DNA from: Collinsella sp.
GTDB lineage: Bacteria; Actinomycetota; Coriobacteriia; Coriobacteriales; Coriobacteriaceae
Assembly (NCBI GenBank): GCA_048484635.1
Contig: DBFWDM010000063.1
Coordinates: 1-60,187 of the forward strand
DNA: 60,187 bases
Direction of reading: 5' to 3'
Under the pieces are notes generated by a model. The model did not search any database, had not been told where the DNA came from, and was given only the letters and a program-made list of their open reading frames with translations. A program made the translations under genes and the position numbers. Shown here one piece after another: positions 10,183 through 18,795 of this stretch (position 1 is its first letter; the number at the start of each line of letters is the position of its first letter).

Positions 10183-11394
10183 CTACTGAATGAGCATCGC
10201 GTCGCCGAAGCTGAAGAAGCGGTAACGTTCTTCGATAGCAGCAGCGTAGGCATCCATGATCTGGTCGCGGGTGGCAAGTGCGCTCACGAGCATCATGAGC
10301 GTGGAGCGCGGCACGTGGAAGTTCGTGATCAGCGCGTCTACCACGTGATAGGTCGAGCCGGGCATGAGGTAGAGCTGCGTCGTGGCGTTCTCGCGCACCA
10401 CGATGTCACCGCGGCCAAGCGTGTCGGCTCCGTCCTCGCGGCCTTCAAAATAGCGCGCCGTCACGGCCGGATCGAACACCGGGGCTTCTGCGTCAAACGC
10501 GCTCTCGAGCGAGCGCACAGCGGTGGTGCCGACGGCGATTACACGATGACCCTCGGCTTTCGCCTTATGCACGGCGTCGACAACTTCCTGCGACACGTGG
10601 TAGCGCTCGGTGTGCATAACGTGCTGCGTGGGATCGTCCTCCTCCACCAGACGGAAGGTATCGATACCCACCTCGAGCTCGACGGCGGCAAACTTGGCAC
10701 CCTTGGCCTCGATAGCGGCCATGAGCTCGGGCGTGAAGTGCAAACCCGCCGTGGGAGCAGCGGCCGAGTGCTCCTCCTTCATGGCGTACACGGTCTGATA
10801 CTTCTCGGGATCGCCCTCGTAATCGGTAATGTAGGACGGCAGCGGCACGTGGCCGGCAGCATGGATGGCCTCGTCGAGCGTGCGCGAATCGCCGGCGGCA
10901 TTGCAACCGGCCGGCTCAAAACGCACCAGGCGGCCGCCGCGGCTATCGGTGACAAAGTCGACAACCTCGGCCGTCAGCACCACGGGAGCCCCCTCGGGCG
11001 CATGGGCGCCACCGGCGCGATACTCAATATGAGCACCGGGCTTCAGGCGCTTGCCCGGCTTGACCAAGCACTCCCAAACATGGCCCAGCGGATCCACGTC
11101 CTCGCGGCGCTTGAGCAGCAGCGTCTCGACCACGCCGCCCGAGCCCGTCTTGCGACCGATCAGACGGGCCGGCATCACGCGCGTCTTGTTGATGACGAGC
11201 ACGTCGCCCGGTTCGATATAGTCGATGATGTCGCGGAAGATGCGGTGCTCAACGGTACCGCCGTGCTTCAGCGGCGTTCCCGCCTGGGAGCCCTTGCGAT
11301 CCACCACCAACAGGCGGCAGGAGTCGCGCGGCTCGGCAGGAGCCTGGGCGATCAGTTCCTCAGGAAGGTTGTAGTCAAAATCATCGGTACGCAT
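10183..11394 (-). CDS. queA: S-adenosylmethionine:tRNA ribosyltransferase-isomerase
   Basis: DFDYNLPEELIAQ, YQTVYA, AAPTAGLHF, VGTT, TNFHVPRST and YRFFSFGDAM motifs. Confidence 0.97.
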   Translation of the reverse strand: MRTDDFDYNLPEELIAQAPAEPRDSCRLLVVDRKGSQAGTPLKHGGTVEHRIFRDIIDYIEPGDVLVINKTRVMPARLIGRKTGSGGVVETLLLKRREDVDPLGHVWECLVKPGKRLKPGAHIEYRAGGAHAPEGAPVVLTAEVVDFVTDSRGGRLVRFEPAGCNAAGDSRTLDEAIHAAGHVPLPSYITDYEGDPEKYQTVYAMKEEHSAAAPTAGLHFTPELMAAIEAKGAKFAAVELEVGIDTFRLVEEDDPTQHVMHTERYHVSQEVVDAVHKAKAEGHRVIAVGTTAVRSLESAFDAEAPVFDPAVTARYFEGREDGADTLGRGDIVVRENATTQLYLMPGSTYHVVDALITNFHVPRSTLMMLVSALATRDQIMDAYAAAIEERYRFFSFGDAMLIQ

Positions 11395-11528
11395 CTTTGC
11401 CTCTTTCACAAAGCGCGTCAGTCGAAAAAATCGACCGACGCGCGCATCATTCTCCCCTGTATCCTATCAGCTTGTTGAGAGAAATATAGTATGGCAAACA
11501 GATTTGCGACTGTTTTCTCAACGCCCCG

Positions 11529-12548
11529 CTACTTAAGCGTTGCGTACATCACCGCCTTAATCGTATGCATGCGATTCTCCGCTTCTTGGAAAACACGAGA
11601 CTTATCAGACTCAAAAACCTCGTCCGTAACTTCCATTTCGGTGACTCCAAACTTCTCAGCAATTTCGGCACCAACAGTAGTATTAGTATCGTGGAAGCTC
11701 GGAAGGCAGTGGAGGAAAATCGTCTCGGGCTTTGCCATAGACATCACCTCAGCGGTCACACGATACGGCGACATGAGCTTAATGCGGCTTTCCCACAGCT
11801 CTGCGGGCTGACCCATGCCAACCCAAACATCCGTGTAAATTACATCGGCATCACGAGCGCCTTCCTCAATATCCTCTGTAATGGTAATCGTCGATCCATG
11901 CTCGGCCGCAATACGACTACATTCTGCAAGGAGTTCAGGATCATAGGATGTAGCCCCCTCCGAATTTCCCCCGATTGGGCCGCAAGAACAGTAGTTAATG
12001 CCGAGCTTAGCGCAAATAACCATGAGCGAATCGGCGACGTTTCCGGCCGCCTTACCAAAAAATGTAAGTTTCCTGCCCTTAATCTCTCCAAACTCTTCAC
12101 GCATGGTCAGAATATCGGCAAGCACTTGAGTCGGGTGAAATTCAGTAGTCAGCCCATTCCAAACGGGAACCCCAGCTTTTGCAGCAAGCTCCTCAACCTT
12201 CGCCTGTTCAAAGCCGCGGTATTCAATTCCGTCATACATGCGGCCAAGGACGCGAGCCGTGTCCTCAATCGACTCCTTTTTGCCCATCTGGGACGAGCCC
12301 GGATCCAAATAAGTTACACCCATGCCAAGGTCAAGTGCACCAACTTCGAAGGCGCAGCGAGTACGCGTGGAAGTCTTCTCAAATAACAAAACAATATTCT
12401 TGCCTTCAAGGTATTTATGCGGAACACCGGCACGCTTCATGCTTTTGAAGTTAGCAGAAAGCTCAAGCAGATACTCAATCTCTTCCGTCGTATAATCAAG
12501 CAGCTTCAGAAAACTGCGCCCAGCGATATTAACACCCATATTCGCCAT
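11529..12548 (-). CDS. argF: Catabolic ornithine carbamoyltransferase-like protein (divergent)
   Basis: STRTR, HPTQ, HCLP and AENR motifs; the SMG loop reads VGMG. Confidence 0.85.
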   Translation of the reverse strand: MANMGVNIAGRSFLKLLDYTTEEIEYLLELSANFKSMKRAGVPHKYLEGKNIVLLFEKTSTRTRCAFEVGALDLGMGVTYLDPGSSQMGKKESIEDTARVLGRMYDGIEYRGFEQAKVEELAAKAGVPVWNGLTTEFHPTQVLADILTMREEFGEIKGRKLTFFGKAAGNVADSLMVICAKLGINYCSCGPIGGNSEGATSYDPELLAECSRIAAEHGSTITITEDIEEGARDADVIYTDVWVGMGQPAELWESRIKLMSPYRVTAEVMSMAKPETIFLHCLPSFHDTNTTVGAEIAEKFGVTEMEVTDEVFESDKSRVFQEAENRMHTIKAVMYATLK

Positions 12549-12571
12549 CTCCTATCACAGTGGATTTGCAA

Positions 12572-13816
12572 CTAAATATCTTCGCGCCAGAAGGGCATGC
12601 TCATGCAGCGCGGGCCGCCACGACCGCGGGACAGTTCCTCGGAGGGAACGACCAAAAGTTCCAAACCGTTCTTGTAGAGCTCATCATTTGTGACAACATT
12701 GCGCTCGTAAACACAGACTTTACCAGGAGCAACGGCAAGAGTGTTCGATCCGTCGTTCCACTGCTCGCGAGACGCCTCAACCATATCGCCGGCACCGCAC
12801 TCAATAAGCTGCACCTTCTCCACGCCAGTAGCCATTTCAAGAATATGCTCAAGCGTGTCATCAATCTCTTGAACAGCGACCATTCCCTCAGAGTCACCAC
12901 GAGTCAGACGATAAACACGAAGGGTCTCAAAAATACCGGGATAAACTGTAAACTTATCGAAATCCACCATGGTGCAAACGGTGTCAAGATGCATGTAAGC
13001 ATAGCCGTTGGGGATTTTAATAGCGTAAACGGTATCGATCTCAGAATTCCCAGATCCCCAGAACAAATTCTTTGCAAGCTCCTCAATCGCAGCCGCCTCA
13101 GTTCGCTGGCTAATTCCAATAGCCAAGGTATGAGCGTTAATGTTAAGCACATCACCGCCCTCGATATGCCAGGGATTCTTATGGTCGTACCAAATCGGAG
13201 TCCCTGCATAATCGGGATGGTATTTGAAAATCGCTTCGTAGAAGGGCACTTCACGATCTCGCTGTTTCCAATACATATGGTGAAGCAGAACGCCTTTGCC
13301 CACGGAAGCAAGAGGATCGCGAGAGAAATATGAACTCGGAAGAGGCTTCAACACCAAATCATCGGGCTTCGCATCCTCATTATCCATCATACTAAGCGTA
13401 GTCGAGACGCGAGGCAGCTCAAGGTCACGATAACGATACCCCCCCATAGCCTCAAGTACAAACTGATACGAATCTGAAATAGCGTCGAGCTTTTCACGAA
13501 CAGCCTGCTCAAGCATAGGATTGACAATCCCGCTCTCAGCCATAAATGTATCGGTAAACTTAGCGCGAGCCGAGGGGCATGCATCCAGCGCTTCAGCAAC
13601 AAGTTTCTCCATATAGAGAACCTCAACACCTTCGCTCCTCAGAAGATCCGCAAAGGCATCATGCTCCTTTTGAGCCACATCAAGATAGAAACAGTCGTGA
13701 ATCCAGACATCCTCGAACTCTTCTGCCTTTACGTTCACAAGGTCACGACCGGGGCGGTGAAGCACAACTTTCTTGAGCTTACCAATCTCGCTGTGTACAT
13801 TCAGTCCTTTAGACAT
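12572..13816 (-). CDS. arcA: Arginine deiminase family protein
   Basis: SEIGKL..V.LHRPG, FSRDP, IEGGD, MHLDT and GRGGPRCMS motifs. Confidence 0.88.
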   Translation of the reverse strand: MSKGLNVHSEIGKLKKVVLHRPGRDLVNVKAEEFEDVWIHDCFYLDVAQKEHDAFADLLRSEGVEVLYMEKLVAEALDACPSARAKFTDTFMAESGIVNPMLEQAVREKLDAISDSYQFVLEAMGGYRYRDLELPRVSTTLSMMDNEDAKPDDLVLKPLPSSYFSRDPLASVGKGVLLHHMYWKQRDREVPFYEAIFKYHPDYAGTPIWYDHKNPWHIEGGDVLNINAHTLAIGISQRTEAAAIEELAKNLFWGSGNSEIDTVYAIKIPNGYAYMHLDTVCTMVDFDKFTVYPGIFETLRVYRLTRGDSEGMVAVQEIDDTLEHILEMATGVEKVQLIECGAGDMVEASREQWNDGSNTLAVAPGKVCVYERNVVTNDELYKNGLELLVVPSEELSRGRGGPRCMSMPFWREDI

Positions 13817-13844
13817 TCCTGTTACTCCATTTCAGCCATGAAAC

Positions 13845-15287
13845 CTACAGGGCAATAAGTCCCGAGATTGCTACGAATACGATATTGATGAGCGACACGA
13901 CCAAGAAGAATTTCCAAACGGTCTTCCACCACTGGCCAAGCTTGATCTTACACACGCCCAAACCCGCTACAAGAATGGCGCTAGTAGGACAGATCAAAGA
14001 CATCGTCGCGCTACCCATGGAGAGAGCCCACACGGCAGCCTCGGGATTAAGACCCATGAGTTCGGTCAAAGGTCCAAAAATGGGAGCGGTCAGTGCTGCA
14101 AGGCCAGATGAGCTGGGAACCAGAATCGCCAGGAGGTTCTCAACCGCATAAAGAAGCGTAGTAAAGAGAACCGCCGGGATGCCGCCCAGACCAGTAGCGA
14201 GCGCATTGAGGATGGTATCAATGATCATGCCGTCAGAGGCAATGACAAGGATGCCACGCGCAAGTCCAACGACAATTGCCGAGAAAGCAAAGTCAGCGAT
14301 ACCCGCAACAAATTCCTGAGCGATGACGTCCTGACTAAAGCCCGCAATAACACCAGCCAACAGGCCCATGGCCAAAAAGACCGCAGAAATCTCGTTCATA
14401 TACCAGCCCTGGGTCACAAGTCCCCAGATGATAAGGCACATTCCAGCGATAAATACCGCAAGCACGCCTTTTTGACGACCCGTAAATTCCGCGTCAAGGG
14501 AAGATTCATCGGCAGCGAACTCGACTTTCTTGGCGATATCATCCTCAAATGTGATCGATGACTCAGGGTTCTTCTTTACCCTTCGTGCATAGAGGACAAC
14601 CCAAGTAATTGCAACGGCGGTCAAAACAACCCAGGCAATCATACGCAGCCACAGCTGGGGGTTGCCCTGAATACCAAGAATACCTTGCGCAATGAGAACA
14701 TTAAACGGATTAATCGTTGAGGCGATGTAACCCGTGCGCGCTCCAACGAACACGACCATGAACGCCGTCATCGAGTCGAAGCCCATAGCCATCATAATTG
14801 GCATGAAGATCGCAAAGAACGGGAGAGTTTCTTCCGCCATGCCAAAGCTCGTTCCGCCCAATGCAAAGAGAACCATCGCAATAGGAATAATTAGAATGTC
14901 TTTGTTCTTAAAGCGGCGAACGACACGACCCATTCCGCTCGTGATAGCGCCCGTTTTAGTAATAACCTGAAACGAACCGCCCACAATCAAGATGAATGCA
15001 ACGACCTCAATTGCCTCTTGTATACCGCGCGTTGGAGCCTGAAGAACATCGAAGACGCCTTGTCTGAGATCTACTTCATCCCCGGTTTCCTCGTCAATAT
15101 ATGTCTTTTCACTCTGCTCATACGTACCTGCGACAGTGACTTCACGACCGTTCACCTCCTGACGCTGATAGGACCCAGAGGGAACAATCCACGTGAGAAC
15201 AGCGAAGATGACCATAAGTGCAAAGATGATCGCATATACGTGCGGGACCTTGAACTGCTTGATGCCTTTCGAACTTTCCGCTGCCAT
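13845..15287 (-). CDS. YfcC family transporter (probable substrate/product antiporter, ArcD-like role)
   Basis: Many TM helices; PH-x-Y..IF, TW.VP.G.Y, GMAEE and INPF motifs; first gene of the arc operon. Confidence 0.85.
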   Translation of the reverse strand: MAAESSKGIKQFKVPHVYAIIFALMVIFAVLTWIVPSGSYQRQEVNGREVTVAGTYEQSEKTYIDEETGDEVDLRQGVFDVLQAPTRGIQEAIEVVAFILIVGGSFQVITKTGAITSGMGRVVRRFKNKDILIIPIAMVLFALGGTSFGMAEETLPFFAIFMPIMMAMGFDSMTAFMVVFVGARTGYIASTINPFNVLIAQGILGIQGNPQLWLRMIAWVVLTAVAITWVVLYARRVKKNPESSITFEDDIAKKVEFAADESSLDAEFTGRQKGVLAVFIAGMCLIIWGLVTQGWYMNEISAVFLAMGLLAGVIAGFSQDVIAQEFVAGIADFAFSAIVVGLARGILVIASDGMIIDTILNALATGLGGIPAVLFTTLLYAVENLLAILVPSSSGLAALTAPIFGPLTELMGLNPEAAVWALSMGSATMSLICPTSAILVAGLGVCKIKLGQWWKTVWKFFLVVSLINIVFVAISGLIAL

Positions 15288-15409
15288 ATCTCCTCCTTCA
15301 TTCCATTTCCCATCTATCCAGCTGGCACCATAAATGTATGAGGTTGCTCAGCGGTGGTCGGCCAACCATCGCCATCGTGTCGCTTTTCACCTATGAACGG
15401 CAGCTAAAG

Positions 15410-15457
15410 TGACGTTATTAATCAATCTGATATTTATAATTGATGTTATTTATCAAT
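15410..15457. promoter_or_regulatory. Two 17-bp repeated boxes in the AT-rich divergent promoter region
   Basis: TGACGTTATTAATCAAT (15410-15426) and TGATGTTATTTATCAAT (15441-15457), each TGA-N9-TCA, 31 bp apart. Confidence 0.55.
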
Positions 15458-15540
15458 TACATACGTCTTTTAACTTTTCCGCAACACAACAAGGAACCTG
15501 CCTTAGCCTTATATAAAAACCAGCAGGACAGGAGACAGAC

Positions 15541-16791
15541 ATGCAAGGCGTACACATAACAAATGAAATCGGTCATTTAAAAGCCGTACTTGTCCATCGA
15601 CCAGGAGCTGAAACACAAAACTACCCTGATGCCGACTTCAGCCAAGTTTTCTCCCTGCGAAAATGGAGCGGTCGTTTTGACCTCGACAAAGCAATATATG
15701 AGCACGATTCCATGGTTCAATTGCTTGAGAAGCATGGCGTAGAAACCATTGAAATTAGGGACCTTCTCGAAGACTCACTTGAAACTGAGCCCCAATCACT
15801 TAAATATTTTATTGATGACTACCTCCGTTGCAGTGGGGCAACAGGCAGAGAGTTCCTCGAGACAATAACCCAGCTGTTTGAGAACGCTAAGAACACCCAG
15901 GAATTAGTGAATATAGTACTCAACGGCATTCGCTTTGGAGACACTGAGCTATGTTCAAACCAGTCGGAAACACTACAGGCGCTCGTGCACGAGCAATTTG
16001 ACCCCGCCTCGCTCTTGGTCAATCCCCTCAACACGCTTTTTTTCACTCGTGATCCTGCTGTGGTAGTCGGAGACGGCATCATCCTAAATCATATGTATTG
16101 GCCTGAGCGTGATCGTGAGGTCGCCTTATACCGGCAGATATTCACCCACCACAAGATCATGGGAGAAACCCCAGTATGTGATTTGAACAGGAGTAGTTAC
16201 CATATCGAAGGCGGAGACATTCTTGTTATCAGTGCTAAGACAATATTAGTTGGAATCTCTGACCGAACTGAACCCGCCGCCGTCGAGTCACTTGCCAAAG
16301 AGCTCCTGACCTCAAATAAATTCCAGACCACCGAGCTAATTGCGATTCGAGTCCCCTCTGACGGGCTGCGCATCCACCTCGATACGTTCATAAGTAGAAT
16401 TGATCACGACGCGTTCCTCATCGATCGTGAGATATGCAATGCCGTTGATGCATACAGCATTCAACTAAAACGATCCGGAAAGGGCCTTACGATCACTCCT
16501 ATCGATCGCACGATTCCGGAAATACTCTCTGTAGCCTGTTGCGAACCAATAAAAGTAATTGACTGCGGAGGCGGGAATCAAACCGCCTACGAAAGAGAGC
16601 GCCGGAACAACGCAACGTCTATCCTTGCGCTCTCGCCAGGAAAACTATGCGTATATGAAGAAAACGTTTGGACCAACGAAGCGCTTGAGAAAGCAGGAAT
16701 GGAATTATTCCCGTTATCCATTGACGAGCTCACCAAAGGCTATGGTGGCACAAACTGTCTATGCCTCCCTCTGTGGCGAGAGGATCTATAG
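15541..16791 (+). CDS. Second, more divergent arginine deiminase family protein
   Basis: NEIGHL..V.VHRPG, FTRDP, IEGGD, IHLDT and GYGGTNCLC motifs; AGGAG RBS. Confidence 0.85.
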   Translation: MQGVHITNEIGHLKAVLVHRPGAETQNYPDADFSQVFSLRKWSGRFDLDKAIYEHDSMVQLLEKHGVETIEIRDLLEDSLETEPQSLKYFIDDYLRCSGATGREFLETITQLFENAKNTQELVNIVLNGIRFGDTELCSNQSETLQALVHEQFDPASLLVNPLNTLFFTRDPAVVVGDGIILNHMYWPERDREVALYRQIFTHHKIMGETPVCDLNRSSYHIEGGDILVISAKTILVGISDRTEPAAVESLAKELLTSNKFQTTELIAIRVPSDGLRIHLDTFISRIDHDAFLIDREICNAVDAYSIQLKRSGKGLTITPIDRTIPEILSVACCEPIKVIDCGGGNQTAYERERRNNATSILALSPGKLCVYEENVWTNEALEKAGMELFPLSIDELTKGYGGTNCLCLPLWREDL

Positions 16792-16793
16792 CC

Positions 16794-17450
16794 ATGGGCT
16801 TCGGGGCAAATATTCGTAAACTCCGCACCATGGAGCATCTTGGTCAGGCGCAACTTGCAGAGATGTTGGGGGTATCTAAAGAGACCGTTTGTCGTTGGGA
16901 AAAAAGTCGGTATGCCCCCCGTGAGCGCCATATTGAAAAGTTACAAGCGCTCTTCGGTTGCACCCGCGATGAACTTGTTGGCGAGGAAAACGGTTTGGCC
17001 GTAAAGCTCGCAAATAAAAGAATCGTCACCGACGAAGACCCTGCTGTCCACGTAATGGAGGGCGCATTTCCCGTCATCGATATCGAATCGCAAAAGCGCC
17101 GCATCACGCACAGCCAACAAAATGCTTGCGCGCCTGTAGACGTAGCCAAGCGTCACCCACATAGCGTTTTCGTTAAAATCAAAGGTGACGAAATGTCCCG
17201 CATTTACCCTCCCGGCAGCTTACTACTTGTCGATACCACCGCAAAGCCTTGGAACGGCTGTGCTGTATTGGCGCTCGCAGACGGTAAAACACCGGTAATT
17301 AGGCGATTTGCAGAAGGAAACGACATGATTGTGCTGTCGTCCCATTCATATGCAACAGCAAGTCCGGATCTGATGTTTAACAAACGGAGAATTAGAATCA
17401 TAGGAGTCGTCGTTTGGTATCAAGCGAGCCACGATCACACGCTTAATTAA
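16794..17450 (+). CDS. XRE-family HTH plus S24 peptidase-like (LexA/CI-type) regulator
   Basis: NIRKLR...QAQLAEMLGVSKETVCRWE HTH; C-terminal IKGDEM and IIGVVV; the canonical GDSM serine appears replaced by Glu. Confidence 0.82.
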   Translation: MGFGANIRKLRTMEHLGQAQLAEMLGVSKETVCRWEKSRYAPRERHIEKLQALFGCTRDELVGEENGLAVKLANKRIVTDEDPAVHVMEGAFPVIDIESQKRRITHSQQNACAPVDVAKRHPHSVFVKIKGDEMSRIYPPGSLLLVDTTAKPWNGCAVLALADGKTPVIRRFAEGNDMIVLSSHSYATASPDLMFNKRRIRIIGVVVWYQASHDHTLN

Positions 17451-17510
17451 ATCGACTTTCCCAAAAACGACCGTACCGCACAGACAGCTCAAAGCCCCAG
17501 CTCAAAAGAA

Positions 17511-18092
17511 CTACTTTTTGGACTCTTTGCGCTCGTCGCGGATGCGGGCGCGGTCCATGGCCGCCTCGACAGCCGAGAAGCGGCAACCACAGTAGTTCTG
17601 CCGATACATGCCAAGCTCGCGCGAACGGCGTGTCGCCTCGGGGTAATACGGGCGAAAATCGCGAATCACCGGGGTGAGACCGCGGGCGGCAGCCAGACGC
17701 TCCAACACATCATTGCAGGTTGCGAACAACTGATACGGCGAGACGGCGAGCGTCGTACCCACAAACTCAAACCCGCGCTCCTGGGCCACGCGGCACGCCT
17801 CGGCCAAGCGCAGGGCATAGCACGCGCGACAGCGACGGGGCCGATCGGCGCCCAGCGGGGCCACGCCGGCTTCCCAACGCTCGCGGTCCTCCCCCGCCTC
17901 GATAAGCTCGATGCCCCCGTCAGCACACCACCGGCGCAGCTCGTCCAAGCGCCGCTGCCATTCATCGCGCGGCTGAATATTGGGGTTGGTCCAGCAGATC
18001 TTGGGCTCAAACCCCTCCTCGCGCAGCAAGCGAACCGGCTCAAGCGAGCACGGCGCACAGCAGGCGTGCAGCAACAACGGCTTCATCGACAT
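17511..18092 (-). CDS. queH: Epoxyqueuosine reductase QueH
   Basis: LLLHACCAPCS, NPNIQP, RCRACY, TTL-x-VSPYQ and YRQNYCGC motifs. Confidence 0.92.
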   Translation of the reverse strand: MSMKPLLLHACCAPCSLEPVRLLREEGFEPKICWTNPNIQPRDEWQRRLDELRRWCADGGIELIEAGEDRERWEAGVAPLGADRPRRCRACYALRLAEACRVAQERGFEFVGTTLAVSPYQLFATCNDVLERLAAARGLTPVIRDFRPYYPEATRRSRELGMYRQNYCGCRFSAVEAAMDRARIRDERKESKK

Positions 18093-18096
18093 CTCC

Positions 18097-18663
18097 TCAC
18101 CCAAAAAAGCGCACGCCGAAGGACGTGTCCTCGCAGGCGACAATGCGGCGGTCGCGCAAAATGGTCCGCACGTAATACCAGTCGCCCACACAGCCTGACA
18201 AATGCAAGCCGGCCGCCAGATAGCACAGCAGCGGATAGCCCGAAAACGCAAACCCCAGGGCAAGCGTTGTCGTCACAACAGCCGTCGGTGCCAGGCAAAC
18301 CGCCATGTACCGCCGGCGCGAATACACAACGCCCTCGGCGCAGGCATATATCATCGCCGTCTCGCGATTCGCCCCAAAGGTCACCTGCGCGCCCGCAGGC
18401 GCCAGCAGCTTAAATAACACACCGTGCACCAGCTCGTGCACGGCAAATGACGCCGCAGAAACCGCAGCCAAGCCGACTATCCAGCCCACGACAGCCATCC
18501 AGCCGCCCGCGTCAGCCGCATCCAAGTCTGCAGGCCCGCCCAGCAGCATAAACACCGGCACCAGGCACACGGCAAACACGCCGACTACGACCATCCCCCA
18601 CACGAAGCAAGCGTGCAGAAATTCCTCGTCTTCAAACGCATGTATGTTGGAAATCTCATTCAT
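18097..18663 (-). CDS. DUF3267 family membrane zincin-like protein
   Basis: HELVH motif in a TM context, LAP, GCVGD. Confidence 0.78.
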   Translation of the reverse strand: MNEISNIHAFEDEEFLHACFVWGMVVVGVFAVCLVPVFMLLGGPADLDAADAGGWMAVVGWIVGLAAVSAASFAVHELVHGVLFKLLAPAGAQVTFGANRETAMIYACAEGVVYSRRRYMAVCLAPTAVVTTTLALGFAFSGYPLLCYLAAGLHLSGCVGDWYYVRTILRDRRIVACEDTSFGVRFFG

Positions 18664-18795
18664 AGCATCTTAGGATAGCGCCCCTGCCACGTACCCGTCC
18701 GCATGTGCGATAATGTCGAACGATATGCACGAATTGACCACCGCGTCGCCAGGCCTTGCGCCCGGCCGCGCTCTCACCATATGCGAAGGAGTCCC

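Noticed and set aside
11395..11528. preQ1 riboswitch or att site at the queA/island junction
   Set aside because: Only generic hairpins; no preQ1 consensus and no direct repeat matching the other island end.
16794..17450. Prophage repressor or LexA
   Set aside because: No phage genes nearby; XRE-type rather than winged HTH, and the catalytic Ser motif is altered.
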